Below, piece after piece: positions 24,001 to 36,912 of a stretch of DNA of 64,000 bases. Both the position numbers and the translations under genes were made by a program. How positions within the stretch are numbered: position 1 is the first letter of the stretch; each line of letters starts with the position of its first letter. Source of the DNA: Pristiophorus japonicus (taxonomy: Eukaryota); contig NW_027252691.1 in the NCBI RefSeq assembly GCF_044704955.1, positions 1-64,000 of the forward strand, given 5' to 3'. A model generated the notes under the pieces. That model did no database searches. It was not told the origin of the DNA and worked only from the letters and a program-made list of their open reading frames with translations.

Positions 24001-27000
24001 GTCGGGGGGGAGAGTCGGGGATAGAGTCGGGGGAGAGAGTCGGAGGGGAGTCGGGGGGAGGGAGAGTCGGGGGAGAGAGTCGGGGGGGAGAGTCGGGGGG
24101 GGAGAGTCGGGGGGGGAGAGTCGGGGGAGAGAGTCGGGGGGAGTGAGAGTCGGTGGGAGAGTCGGTGGGGAGAGAGAGTCAGGAGGAGAGAGAGTCAGGG
24201 GGAGTCGGAGAGAGAGAGAGTCGGGGAAGAGAGTCGGGGGGGGGAGAGAGAGTTGGGGGGAGTCGGGGAGAGAGAGAGTTGGGGGGAGTCGGAGAGAGAG
24301 AGAGTCGGGGGGAGTCGGGGAGAGAGAGAGTTGGGGAGTATCGGGGGGAGAGTCGGGGGAGAGAGACGGGGGGAGTCGGGGGGGAGAGTCCAGGGGGGAG
24401 AGTCCAGGGGGAGTCGGGGGCGGGAGTCCTGGGGAGTCGGTGGGGGAGAGGCAGGGGGTGGAGAGTCGGGGGGAGAGTCGGTGGGCAGAGTCGGGGGGGA
24501 GAGTCGGGGGGAGAGAGAGTCGGAGAGGAGAGTCGGGGGGTGAAGAGAGTGTCGGGGAGAGTCGGCGGAGAGAGTCGGGGGAGAGAGCCGGGAGAGAGAG
24601 TTAGGGGAGAGAGTCGGGGGGAGAGTCAGGGGGAGAGAGTCGGGGAGAGAGTGAGTCGGGGGGAGTCGGGGGCAGAGTCGGGGGGAGAGATTCAGGGGGA
24701 GAGAGAGTCGGGGGGAGTCGGGGAGAGAGAGAGTTGGGGGGAGAGTCGGGGGAGAGAGAGTCGGGGGCAGTCGGGGAGAGAGAGAGTCGGGGGCAGTCGG
24801 GGAGAGAGAGAGTCGGGGGGAGTCGGGGGGAGCCGAGGAGGGAGTCAAGGGTGAGTCGGGGGGAGTCGGGGGGAATTCAGGGGGGTTGGGGGGAGAGTCG
24901 AGGGGGAGCCGGGGGAGTTGGTGGTGGAGAGGCGGGGTGTGGAGAATCGGGGGGAGAGTCGGGGGGGAAAGTCGGGGGGAGAGTCGGGGGGAGAGAGAGT
25001 CATGGGGAGTCGGGGAGAGAGAGAGTTGGGGGGAGAGTCGGGGGGAGAGAGAGTCGTGGGGGAGTCGGGGAGAGAGAGAGTTGGGGTTAGTCGGGGGAGA
25101 GAGCCGGGGGAGAGAGTTAGGGGAGAGAGTCGGGGGGAGAGTCAGGGGGAGAGAGTCGGGGGAGAGAGTCGGGGGGGGAGAGAGAGTTGGGGGGAGTCGG
25201 GGAGAGAGAGAGTTGGGGGGAGTCGGGGAGAGAGAGAGTCGGGGGGAGTCGGGGAGAGAGAGAGTTGGGGAGTATCGGGGGGAGAGTCGGGGGAGAGAGA
25301 CGGGGGGAGTCGGGGGGGAGAGTCCAGGGGGAGAGTCCAGGGGGAGTCGGGGGCGGGAGTCCTGGGGAGTCGGTGGGGGAGAGGCAGGGGGTGGAGAGTC
25401 AGGGGGAGAGTCGGTGGGCAGAGTCGGGGGGAGAGTCGGGGGGAGAGAGAGTCGGAGAGGAGAGTCGGGGGGTGAAGAGAGTGTCGGGGAGAGTCGGCGG
25501 AGAGAGTCGGGGGAGAGAGCCGGGGGAGAGAGTCGGGGAGAGAGTGAGTCGGGGGGAGTCGGGGGGAGAGCCGGGGGAGAGAGTCGGGGAGAGAGTGTGT
25601 CGGGGGGAGTCGGGGGGAGAGTCGGGGGGAGAGTCGGGGAGAGAGTCGAGGAGAGAGAGTCGGGGGAGAGAGTCGGGGGAGAGAGCCGGGGGAGAGAGTC
25701 GGAGAGAGAGTGAGTCGGGGGGAGTCGGGGGGAGAGTCGGGGGGAGAGTCGGGGAGAGAGTCGGGGAGAGAGAGTCGGGGGGAGTCGAGGAGAGAGAGAG
25801 TTGGGGGGAGAGTCGGGGGAGAGAGAGTTGGGGGCAGTCGGGGAGAGAGAGAGTTGGGGGGAGTCGGGGAGAGAGAGAGTTGGGGGGAGTCGGGGGGAGC
25901 CGAGGAGGGAGTCAAGGGTGAGTCGGGGGGAGTCGGGGGGGATTCAGGGGGGTTGGGGAGAGAGTCAAGGGGGAGTCGGGGGAGTTGGTTGTGGAGAGGC
26001 GGGGTGTGGAGAATCGGGGGGAGATTCGGGGGGAGAGGCGGGGGGGAAAGTCGGGGGGAGAGAGAGTCATGGGGAGTCGGGAAGAGAGAGAGTTGGGGGG
26101 AGTCAGGGGGAGTCAGGGAGAGAGAGAGTTGGGGGGAGAGTCGGGGGGAGAGAGAGTCGGGGGGAGTCGGGGGAGAGAGAGTTTGGCGGAGTCGGGGAGA
26201 GAGAGAGTCGGGGTGAGTCAGGGAGAGAGAGAGTCGGGGGGAGAGTCAGGGGAAGAGAGAGTCGTGGGGGAGTCGGGGAGAGAGAGAGTTGGGTTAGTCA
26301 GGGGGAGAGTCAGGGGGAATCGGGGGCATGAGTCGTGGGGCAGTCGGTGGGGGAGAGGCGGGGGGGTGGAGAGTTGACGGGGAGAGTCGGGGGGGAGAGT
26401 CGGGGGGGGAGAGTCGCGGGGGAGAGTCACGGAGAGAGTCAGGGAGAGAGTCGGGGAGAGAGTCGGGGGGGAGATTCGGGGGTAAGAGTCGGGGCTAGTC
26501 AGGGAGGAGAGTTGGGGGGGAGAGTCAGGGGGAGAGAGCTGTGGGGGAGTCGGGGGGGAGAGTCGGGGGGGAGAGAGTTTGAGGGGAGAGTCATGGGGGG
26601 GAGTCGGCAGGGAGAGCCGGGGCGAGAATCAGGGGGAGGGGGGGGAGAGAGTCGGGGGGGGAGAGAGTCGGTGGGGGAGAGAGTCGGGGGGGGAGAGAGT
26701 CGGTGGGGGAGAGAGTCGGGGGGGGAGAGAGTCGGTGGGGGAGTGAGTCGGGGGGGGGGGAGACGGGGGGGAAGAGAGTCGGCGGGGAGAGTCGGCGGGG
26801 AGAGTCGGTGGGGGAGAGTCAGGGGGTGAGTCGGGGGAGAGTCGGGCGGGGAGAGACGGTGGGGGAGAGTCGGGGGGGGAGAGTCGGGGGGGGAGAGTCG
26901 GGGGGGGAGAGTCGGGAGGGGAGTGTCGGGGGGGGAGAGTCGGGAGGGGAGAGTCGGTGGGGGAGAGTCGGGTGGGGGAGAGTCGTTGGGGGAGAGTCGG

Positions 27001-30000
27001 GGGGAGAGACGGGGGGAAGACGGGGTGGGGAGAGTCGTTGGGGGAGAGTCGGTGGGGGAGAGTCGGTGGGGGAGAGTCGGGGAGGGAGAGTCGGGAGGGG
27101 AGAGTCGGGGGGGGAGAGTCGGGAGGGGAGAGTCGGTGGGGGAGAGTCGGGGAGGGAGAGTCGGGAGGGGAGAGTCGGGGGGGAGAGTCGGGAGGGGAGA
27201 GTCGGGTAGAGAGAGAGTTGGGGGATGTCGGGGGGAAGAGTCGGGGGGGAGAGTCAGGGGGTGAGTATGGGGAGAGTCGGGGGGAAGTCGAGCGGGGAGA
27301 GACGGGGGGGGGGAGAGTCGGTGGGGGAGAGTAAGGAGGGGAGAGTCGGGGGGGAGAGACGGGGGGAAGATGGGGGCGGAGAGTCGGGGGGAGAGAGAGT
27401 TGGGCGGAGTCGGGGGGAGAGAGAGTTGGGGAGAGTCGGGGGGAGAGTCGGGGGGAGAGTCGGGGGGAGAGAGAGTCGGGGGGAGAGAGAGTCGGGGGGA
27501 GTCGGGGGAGAGAGAGTTGGGCGGAGTCAGGGAGAGAGAGAGTCGGGGGGGAGAGTCGGGGGAGAGAGAGTCGTGGGGGAGTCGGGGAGAGAGAGAGTTG
27601 GGGTTAGTCGGGGGGAGAATCAGGGGGAGTCGGGGGCAGGAGTCGTGGGGCAGTCGGTGGGGGAGAGGCGGGGGGGTGGAGAGTTGACGGGGAGAGTCGG
27701 GGGGGCGAGTCGGGGGGAGAGTCGCGGGGGAGAGTCGCGGAGAGAGTCGGGGAGAGAGTCGGGGGGGAGATTCGGGGGGGAAGAGTCGGGGCTAGAGTCA
27801 GGTGGGAGAGTTGGGGGGGAGAGAGTTTGAGGGGAGAGTCATGGGGGGTGTCGGCAGGGAGAGCCGGGGCGAGAGTCGGGGGGAGGGGGGGGGAGAGTCG
27901 GGGGGGGAGAGAGTCGGGGGGGGAGAGTCGGGGGGGGGAGTCGGGGGGAAAGAGAGTCGGCGGGGAGAGTCAGTGGGGGTGAGTCAGGGGGTGAGTCGGG
28001 GGGGGAGTCGGGGGGGAGAAGGGGGGGGGAGAGTCGGTGGGGGACAGTCGGTGGGGGAGAGTCAGGGGGGAGAGACGGGGGGGGAGAGTCGGGGGGGGGA
28101 GTCGGGGGGAAAGAGAGTCGGCGGGGAGAGTCAGTGGGGGTGAGTCAGGGGGTGAGTCGGGGGGGGAGTCGGGGGGGAGAAGGGGGGGGGAGAGTCGGTG
28201 GGGGAGAGTCGGTGGGGGACAGTCGGTGGGGGAGAGTCAGGGGGGAGAGACGGGGGGGGAGAGTCGGTGGGGGAGAGTCGGTGGGGGAGAGTCGTGGGGG
28301 GGAGTCGGTGGGGGAGAGTTCGGGGGGGGAGAGTCGGGGGGGGAGAGTCGGTGGGGGAGAGTCGGGGGGAAGAGTCGGGGGGAAGTCGGGCGGGGAGAGA
28401 CGGCGGGGGGAGAGTCGGTGGGGGAGAGTCGGGAGGGGAGAGTCGGGGGGGAGAGACGGGGGGGGAGAGTCGGGGGGGAAAGTCGGGGGGGGAGACTCGG
28501 GAGGGGAGAGTCGGGGGGGAGAGACGGGGGGGGAGAGTCGGGAGGGGAGAGTCGGGGGGGAGAGACGGGGGGGGAGAGTCGGGGGGGGGGGAGACGGTGG
28601 GGGGAGAGTCGGTGGCGGAGAGTCGGGTGGGGGAGAATCGGGGGGAGAGTCGGGGGGGAGAGTCGGGGAGGGGAGAGTCGGGGGGGAGAGTCGGTGGGGG
28701 AGAGTCGGGGGGGGAGAGTCGGGGGGGAAAGTCGGGGGGGGAGAGTCGGGGGGGAGAGACGTGGGGGGAGAGTCGGGGGGGAGACACGGGGTGGGAGAGT
28801 CGGGGGGAGAGTTGGTGGGGGAGAGTCGGTGGGGGAGAGTCGGGGGGGGGGAGAGTCGGGGGGGGAGAGTCGGGGGGAGAGATAGTCGGGGGAGAGTCGG
28901 GTAGAGAGTTGGGGGGTGTCGGGGGGAGGAGTCAGGGGGGGAGAGTCGGGGGGAAGTCGGGCGGGGAGAGTCGGGAGGGGAGAGATGGGGGGGGAGAATC
29001 GGTGGGGGAGAGTCGGTGGGGGAGAGTCGGTGGGGGAGAGTCGGGGGGGGAGAGTCGGGAGGGGAGAGTCGGGGGGGGAGAGTCGGGGGGGGAGAGTCTG
29101 GGGGGGAGAGTCGGGAGAGGAGAGTCGGGGGGGGAGAGACGGGGGGGGAGAGACGGGAGGGGAGAGTCGGGGGGGGAGAGACGGGATGGAGAGTCGGTGG
29201 GGGTCTTGGGGAGGAGAGTCGTGGAGGGAGAGTCAGGGGTGTCTGGGGGGGAGAGGGGAATCGCGGGGGGAGTCGGTGGGGGGGAGAGTCGGGAGGGGGA
29301 AAAGAGGGGAATCGCGGGGGGAGTCGGTGGGGGGGTGAGTCGGGGGAGTGAAGTGAGAGTCGGGGGGAGAGAGAGCTGGGGGAGAGTAGGGAGGAGAGAG
29401 AGTCGGGGGAGAGTGTCGGGGGTGAGAGCTGTGGGGGAGTCGGCGGGAGTCGGGGTGTGGAGAGTTGGGGGGGAGGGAGTTTGAGGGGAGAGTCACGGAG
29501 GGGGAGTCGGAGGGGAGTCGCGGGGAGAGTCGGAGGGAGAGTCGTGGGGAGAGTCGGGGGGGAGAGTCGAGGAGGGAGTCGGGGGGGAGTCAGGGGGCGA
29601 GTGTCGGAGGGGGCAGAGAGTCGAGGCGGGAGTCGGGGAGAGTCGGGGGGGAGAGTCGGGGGGGGAGAGTCGGGGGGGGGAGTCAGGGGGGAGAGTCGGG
29701 GGGGGAGAGTCAGGAGGGGAGAGTCGGGAGGGGAGAGTCGAAGGGGGAGAGTCGGTGGGGGAGAGTCGGGGGGGAGAGTCGGGGGGGGAGAGTCGGGGGG
29801 GGAGAGTCGGGGGGGAGAGTCGGGGGGGAGAGTCGGGGGGGGAGAGTCGGGTGAGAGAGACGGGGGGGAGAGACGGGGGAGAGTCGGGGGGGAGAGACGG
29901 GGGAGAGTCGGGGGGGAGAGACGGGGGGAGAGACGGGGGGGTCTTGGGGAGGAGAGTCGTGGAGGGAGAGTCAGGGGTGTCTGGGGGGGAGAGTCGGGGG

Positions 30001-32135
30001 GGGGAAAAGAGGGGAATCGCGGGGGGAGTCAGTGGGGGGGTGAGTCGGGGGAGTGAAGTGAGAGTCGGGGGGAGTCGGGGGGAGAGAGAGCTGGGGGAGA
30101 GTAGGGAGGAGAGAGAGTCGGGGGAGAGAGTCGGGGGTGAGAGCTGTGGGGGAGTCGGCGGGAGTCGGGGTGTGGAGAGTTGGGGGGGAGGGAGTTTGAG
30201 GGGAGAGTCACGGAGGGGGAGTCGGAGGGGAGTCGCGGGGGAGTTGGGAGGAGAGAGAGTGTGCGGGGAGAGTCGGGGGGAGAGTCGGGGGGGAGAGTCG
30301 AGGAGGGAGTCGGGGGGGAGTCAGGGGGCGAGTGTCGAGCGGGGAGATTCGCGGGCCGAGTCGGGGGGGGGAGTCGGTGGGGAGAGTCAAGCGGGCAATC
30401 GGGGGGGTGAGTCAAGGGGGAGTCGAGGGGAGAATCGAGGGGGAGAGTTGGGGGGGAGTCGGGGGGAGAGTCGAGGGGGGAGTCGGTGGGAGTCGGAGGG
30501 GTATTGGGGGGGAGTCGGCGGGTAGAGTCAGGATAAATGGAGGGGGTCAGGGGGGAATTGGGGGGAGTCGAGGGGAGAGTCGGGGGAGTTGGGGGGAGAG
30601 TCGAGGGGGGAGTCAGGGGGGAGTCGGGGGCGGGGGAGAGTCGAAGGGGAGAGAGAGTCGGAGGGGGGAGAGAGTCGAGGCGGGAGTCGGTGGGGAGTTG
30701 GGGGGGAATTGGCGGAATGGGGGGAAAAGTTGAGGGGGAGTTGAGGGGGTAGTCGGGGGGAGTCGGGGGAGAATTGGGAGGTCGAGTCGAGGGCGGAGTT
30801 GCGGGGGGAGTCAGGGGGGAGAGTCGAGGGGGGAGTTGAGGAGGTGAGTTAAGGGGGAGTCATGGGGGAGTCGGGGGGGAGAGTCGGGAGAGAGTTGTGG
30901 GGGGAGAGTCGAGGGGGGAGAGTCGAGGGGGGAGAGTCGAGGGGAGTCGGGGGGGATAGTAGAGGAGGGAGTCGGGGGGTAGTCAGGGGGGGAGTGACGA
31001 ACAGGGAGGTTCGTGGGCCGAGTCGGGGGTGGGAGTCGAGGGGGGAGAGTTGAGGGAGGAGAGTCGCTGAGAGAGTCGGGTGGGGAGAGTCAAGGGGGGA
31101 GATTCGAGGGGGGAGTCGGGGGGGGAATTGGGGGGAGTTGGGGAGAGTCGGGGGGGAGAGTCGAGGGGGAGTGTCGAGGGGGGAGTCAGGGGGGAGATTG
31201 AGGGCGAGAGTCGAGGGAGTGTTGAGGGGGAGAGTCGAGGGGAGAGTCAGGGGGGAGTGTCGAGGGGGAGAGTCGAGGGCGGGAGTCGGGGGGGGAGAGA
31301 CGGGGGAGGAGAGTCGGTGGGGGAGAGTCGGTGGGGGAGACTCGGGGGGGGGGAGAGTCGGGGGGGGAGAGTCGGGAGGGGAGAGTCGGGAGGGGAGAGT
31401 CGGGGGGGATAGTCGAGGAGGGAGTCGGGGGGGAGTCAGGGGGGGAGTGTCGAGCCGGGAGATTCGCGGGCCGAGTCGGGGGTGGGAGTCGAGGGGGGAG
31501 TTGCGGGGGGGGAGAGTTGAGGGAGGAGAGTTGCTGAGCGAGTCGGGGGGAGAGTCGAGGGGGGAGTCGAGGGGGAGAGTTGCGGGGGGGGAGAGTTGAG
31601 GGGGGAGTCGAGGGGGAGAGTTGCGGGGGGGGAGAGTTGAGGGAGGAGAGTTGCTGAGCGAGTCGGGGGGAGAGTCGAGGGGGGAGATTCGAGGGAGGAG
31701 TCGGGGGGGGAATCGAAGTGGGAGTCGGGGGAAATTGGGGGGAGTCGGGGGGAGTTGTGGGGGAAGAGTCGAGGGGGGAGTCGGGGGGGAGAGTCGAGGG
31801 GGAGAGTCGAGGGGGGAGTCGAGGGGGAGAGTTGAGGGGGGAGTCAGTGGGGAGTCGGGGGGAGGAGTCGAGGGGGGAGTTGAGGGTGAGTCGGGGGAGA
31901 GTCGAGGGGGGAGTCGGGGGGGAGAGTCGAGGGGGGAGTCGAGGGGTGAGTCGGGGGGGAGATACGGGGAGGAGGCTAGGGGGGAGTCGGGGGGGAGTCG
32001 GGGGGGAGAGTCGGGGGGGAGAGTCGAGGGGGGGAGTCGAGGGGGGGAGTCGGGGAGGAGTCGAGGGGGGAGTCGGGGGGAGAGAGCGTCGGGGGGGGAG
32101 TCGGGGATGGAGAGTCGGAGTGGGGGTGAGAGAGT
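1..32135. repeat. Very large G-rich tandem repeat (satellite), ~15-nt unit GAGAG(A/T)GAGTCGGGG(G), running off the left edge of the window
   Basis: Directly visible. Homogeneous core ~1330-22170; degenerate flanks 1-1330 and 22170-32135. All ORFs here are low-complexity translations (ESGERESG, DSLSP). Confidence 0.98.
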
Positions 32136-32246
32136 CTCGGTCCTCGGGTCCTGTTTCTCGGGACCACCTGGAGCGAATGATTCTGGCTGGGAGGTGGGGG
32201 GGGGGAGCTTGATGGGGCGGGGCTTGACAGACACATGTCTGTCAAT

Positions 32247-34152
32247 AAGTTTATAAACACATTCAGAGCAAGAGGATAACTAGAGAAGGAGTGGGGCCTA
32301 TTAGAGAACATAAAGGAAATGTGTGTGTGGGAGTGGAAGACGTGGGTATGATTCTGAATGAATACTTTGCATCCGTTTTCACAAAAGGGCGGGGGGTGCG
32401 GGGTGATGCAGACTTTGTAAAGAGGGAGGAGGAATGTGAAATATTAGAAGAAATTAACATAGTGAGATAGGAAATATTAAGGGGCTTAGCAGCTTTGAAA
32501 GTGGAAAAATCCCCAGGCCTGGATGAAATTTATCCCAGGCTCTTCAGAGAAGCAAAAGAGGAAATAGCAGAGGCTCTGACCATCATTTCCCAGCCCTTTC
32601 TGGCTACAGGTGCAGTTCCCGAGGACTGGAGGACTGCTAATGTTGTACCATTGTTTAAAAAGGGAGAAAGGGATAGACCGAGTAATTACAGGCCAGTCAG
32701 CCTAACCTCGGTGGTGTGAAAATTATTGGAAAAAGTCCTGAGGGACAGGATAAATCTTCATTTGGAAAGAAATGGATTCATCAGGGACAGTCAGTGTGGA
32801 TCGTGTCTGACTAACTTGATTGAATTTTTCGAGGAGGTAACCAGGAGGGTTGATGAGGGCAGTGTGTACGATGTAGTGTATATGGATTTTAGAAAAGCTT
32901 TAGATAAGGTCCCACATGGCAGACTGGTCACGAAAGTAAAATCTCATGGGGTCCAGGGCAAAGTGACAAGTTGGGTCCAAAGTTGTCTCAGAGGCAGGAA
33001 GCAAAGGGTAATGGTTGATGGGTGTTTTTGTGACTGGGAGGGTGTTTCCAGTGGGGTTCCGCAGGGCTCAGTGCTGGGTCCCTTGCTTTTTGTGGTATAT
33101 ATCATTGACTTGGACTTAAATGTTGGGGGTTATGATTAAGAAGTTGACAGATGACACTAAAATATGCTGTGTGGTTGATAATGAAGAAACATAGAAACAT
33201 AGAAATTAGGTGCAGGTGCAGGTCATCTGGCCCTTCGAGCCTGTACCACCATTCAATATGATCATGGCTGATCAAGCAAGAAGAAAACTGTAGACTGCAG
33301 GAAGTTACCAGTGTACTGATCAGGTGGGCAGAACAGTGGCAAATGGAATTCAATCCAGATAAGTGTGAGGTAATGCATTGGAGGAGGTCTAACAAGGCAA
33401 GGGAATACACATGTAATGTTAGGACACTGAGAGATGTGGAGGAACAGAGAGACCTGGGAGTGCAGGTCCACAGATCCCTGAAGGTAGCAGGCCAGGTGGA
33501 TAAGGTGGTTCAGGAGGCATACGGAATACTTGCCTTTATTAGTTGAGGCATGGAATACAAGAGCAGGGAGGTTGTGCTTGAACTGTATAAAACATTGGTT
33601 AGGCCACAGCTGGAGTACTGCGTGCAGTTCTGGTCACACATTACAGGAAAGATGTGATTGCACTGGAAAGGGTGCAGAGGAGATTTACCAGGATGTTGCC
33701 TGTACTGGAGAATCTTGGCTATGAGGAAAGATTGGATATGTTGGGGCTGTTTACTTTGGAACAGGGGAGGCTGAGGGGAGACCTGATTGAGTGTGTAAAA
33801 TTATAAGGGGCCTGGATATAGTGAATAGGAAGGACCTGTTTCCATTGACAGATGGTTCAACATCTAGGGAACACAGATTTAAAGTAATTAGGGTGCGATA
33901 TAGAGGAGATATGCCGGGAAATGTATTCACCCAGAGGGAGTTGGGGGTTTGGGACACCCTGCTTGAAAGGGTGTAGAGGCAGAAAGCTTCACCACATTTA
34001 AATAATACTTGGATGTACACCTGAAGTGCCGTAACCTACAGGGCTACGGACCGAGAGCTGGAATGTGGGATGAGGCTGGGTAGCTCTTCATCGGCCGGCG
34101 TGGACACGATGGGCCGAATGGCCTCCTTCCGAACGGTAAACTTCTATGATTC
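32247..34152 (+). mobile_element. 5'-truncated, degenerate CR1-clade LINE (ORF2 RT region plus 3' UTR)
   Basis: Translated pieces KSPGLDEIYPR, NYRPVSLTSVV, GVPQGSVLGPLLF, MEFNPDKCEVMH and HRFKV, broken by stops and frameshifts; 3' UTR ends ...GGGCCGAATGGCCTCC...TTCTATGATTC. Confidence 0.93.
33187..33273 (-). mobile_element. Short CR1 3'-end retrocopy nested antisense inside the preceding CR1
   Basis: (ACATAGAA)n tail followed by ...GGCCCTTCGAGCCTGTACCACCATTCAATATGATCATGGCTGATC; same 3' end as 63733-64000; interrupts the host RT sequence. Confidence 0.85.
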
Positions 34153-34154
34153 TC

Positions 34155-35352
34155 CCATTATCTGTACCCGGGGCGTACTCCCCAATATCTGTACCTGGGA
34201 CACACTCCCCAATATCTGTACCCGGGGCACACTCCCCAATATCTGTACCCGGGACACACTCCCCAATATCTGTACCCGGGACACACTCCCCAATATCTGT
34301 ACCTGGGACACACTCCCCAATATCTGTACCCGGGACACACTCCCCAATATCTGTACCTGGGACACACTCCCCAATATCTGTACCTGACACACTCCCCAAT
34401 ATCAGTACCCAGGACACACTCCCCAATATCTGTACCCGGGACACACTCCCCAATATCTGTACCCGGGACACACTCCCCAATATCTGTACCCGGGGCAGAC
34501 TCCCCAATATCTGTACCCGGGACACACTCCCCAATATCTGTACCCGGGACACACTCCCCAATATCTGTACCTGGGGCAGACTCCCCAATATCTGTACCCG
34601 GGGCAGACTCCCCAATATCTGTACCTGGGACACACTCCCCAATATCTGTACCCGGACACACTCCCCAATATCTGTACCCGGGACACACTCCCCAATATCT
34701 GTACCCGGGACACACTCCCCAATATCTGTACCCGGGACACACTCCCAAATATCTGTACCTGGGACACACTCCCCAATATCTGTACCTGACACACTCCCCA
34801 ATATCTGTACCCAGGACACACTCCCCAATATCTGTACCCGGGACACACTCCCCAATATCTGTACCCGGGACACACTCCCCAATATCTGTACCCGGGGCAG
34901 ACTCCCCAATATCTGTACCTGGGACACACTCCCCAATATCTGTACCCGGACACACTCCCCAATATCTGTACCTGACACACTCCCCAATATCTGTACCTGG
35001 GACACACTCCCCAATATCTGTACCTGGGACACACTCCCCAATATCTGTACCCGGGACACACTCCCCAATATCTGTACCCGGGACACACTCCCCAATATCT
35101 GTACCCGGGGCAGACTCCCCAATATCTGTACCTGGGACACACTCCCCAATATCTGTACCCGGGACACACTCCCCAATATCTGTACCTGGGACACACTCCC
35201 CAATATCTGTACCCGGGACACACTCCCCAATATCTGTACCCGGGACACACTCCCCAATATCTGTACCCGGGACACACTCCCCAATATCTGTACCCGGGAC
35301 ACACTCCCCAATATCTGTACCCGGGACACACTCCCCAATATCTGTACCCGGG
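34155..35352. repeat. 27-bp minisatellite CCCCAATATCTGTACCCGGGACACACT
   Basis: Tandem copies visible; 9-aa periodicity in ORFs (DTLPNICTR). Confidence 0.97.
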
Positions 35353-35460
35353 GAATTCCCGATTGGTCTTTTTGTGTGGCTGTTGATTGGATGTATTTCT
35401 GTGCCGTGATCCCAGGAAGCTCCTCACATGAGGAATGAAGATTAACGGTGAGTCATGGGG
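35351..35460. promoter_or_regulatory. Candidate 3' enhancer: NF-kB, Ets, E-box and AP-1 motifs
   Basis: GGGAATTCCC at 35351-35360, CAGGAAG ~35413, TCACATGA 35424-35431, TGAGTCA 35449-35455, within 110 bp of unique sequence just past the membrane poly(A) signal. Motif match only. Confidence 0.35.
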
Positions 35461-35543
35461 CAATCTAGAATGAGCCAAAGGGCCTCCCTCGGTCGTATCC
35501 ATCACTTCACACCCCCACTCCTTTCGTTTCACCGTTTCTGTTT

Positions 35544-35549
35544 TTTATT
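35544..35549 (-). terminator. Probable poly(A) signal (AATAAA) of the membrane-form transcript
   Basis: First AATAAA I found on the minus strand downstream of the TM2 stop, in unique sequence. Confidence 0.6.
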
Positions 35550-35667
35550 GAACTGATTTCAAACCAAAACTCTTACAATAGTGGAAAATGCAAAGCAAAG
35601 CTCCAGGCAGTAATTCAAACAGCATTTGTTTTGTATAATATTTTGCATGGCAAGATCCCGAGAACTA

Positions 35668-36912
35668 CCCCCCCTCCACACTCCCCCTCCAGGCAAACCC
35701 CTCCACCCCCACATCCCCCTCCCATCCCCACACTCCCCCTTCCCCTCCGCACACACTCCTCCCGCTGCCCACACACCCCTCCACCACACGCCCTCACTCC
35801 CCTCCCCCACCCTCCCTCTCACCACCCCCCACACCCCCAGCCCCCGACTCCCCTTCCCCGCTTTTTCTCCCCTCCACTCCCCTGCCCCCTCCCCACCACA
35901 TTCCACACCCTCTCCCTCCCCCCCACACCTCATAACCCCTCTCCTCTCCCCTTCCCCCTTCTGCCCACCGCCTCATCCCCCCACATCCCCATCATTCCCC
36001 AACCCCTCCCCCCACACACCCGCCCAATCTCCCCTCCCGTCCCCCCCACTCTCCCCACACCCCCTACAACTCCACACCCCTCCTCCCTACATCCCCTCCC
36101 TCCCTCCCTCACCCCCCTACCCCCCCTCGCACACCCCTCCCCCCACCCCCCAATCCCTTCTCTCGACCCCTCCCCTCCCCACCCACACTCCTCCCCCCTA
36201 CACACCGTCCCCCCTCCCACCCTCTCTCCCTCCCCCACCCCCCCATCCCTCCTCTTGCCCCCTCCCCCCACTCTCCCCATCCCCCCTCCCCCCTACACCC
36301 CGTCCCCCCTCCCACCCTCTCTCCCTCCCCACACCCCTCCCCCCACCCCCCCAATCCATCCTCTTGCCCCCTCCCCTTCCCCCACTCTCCCCATCCCCCT
36401 CCCCCCACACCCCGTCCCCCCTCCCACCCTCTCTGCCTCCCCACACCCCTCCCCCCACCCCCCCAATCCCTCCTCTTGCCCCCTCCCCTTCCCCCACTCT
36501 CCCCATCCCCCCTCCCCCCACACCCCGTCCCCCCTCCCACCCTCTCTGCCTCCCCACACCCCTCCCCCCACCCCCCCATCCCTCCTCTTGCCCCCTCCCC
36601 CCACTCTCCCCATCCCCCCTCCCCCCTACACCCCGTCCCCCCTCCCACCCTCTCTCCATCCCCACACCCCTCCCCCCACCCCCCCAATCCCTCCTCTTGC
36701 CCCCTCCCCTTCCCCCACTCTCCCCATCCCCCCTCCCCCTACACCCCGTCCCCCCTCCCACCCTCTATCCCTCCTCACACCCCTCCCCCAACCCCCCCAA
36801 TCCCTCCTCTTGCCCCCTCCCCTTCCCCCACTCTCCCCATCCCCCCTCCCCCCCCACACCCCTCCCCCCTACACCCTGCCCCCCCCCCTCTCTCTCCCCC
36901 CCCCCGCCCCCG
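35668..36912. repeat. C-rich (G-rich on the Ig sense strand) low-complexity tract with internal duplications, inside the predicted TM 3' UTR
   Basis: Recurrent blocks such as CCCCATCCCCCTCCCCCTACACCCCGTCCCCCTCCCACCCTCTCT; the Pro-rich ORFs are artefacts. Confidence 0.9.

Noticed and set aside
1-32135. The large array as a classical class-switch region
   Set aside because: It is downstream of the gene, G-rich on the template strand and almost free of AGCT.
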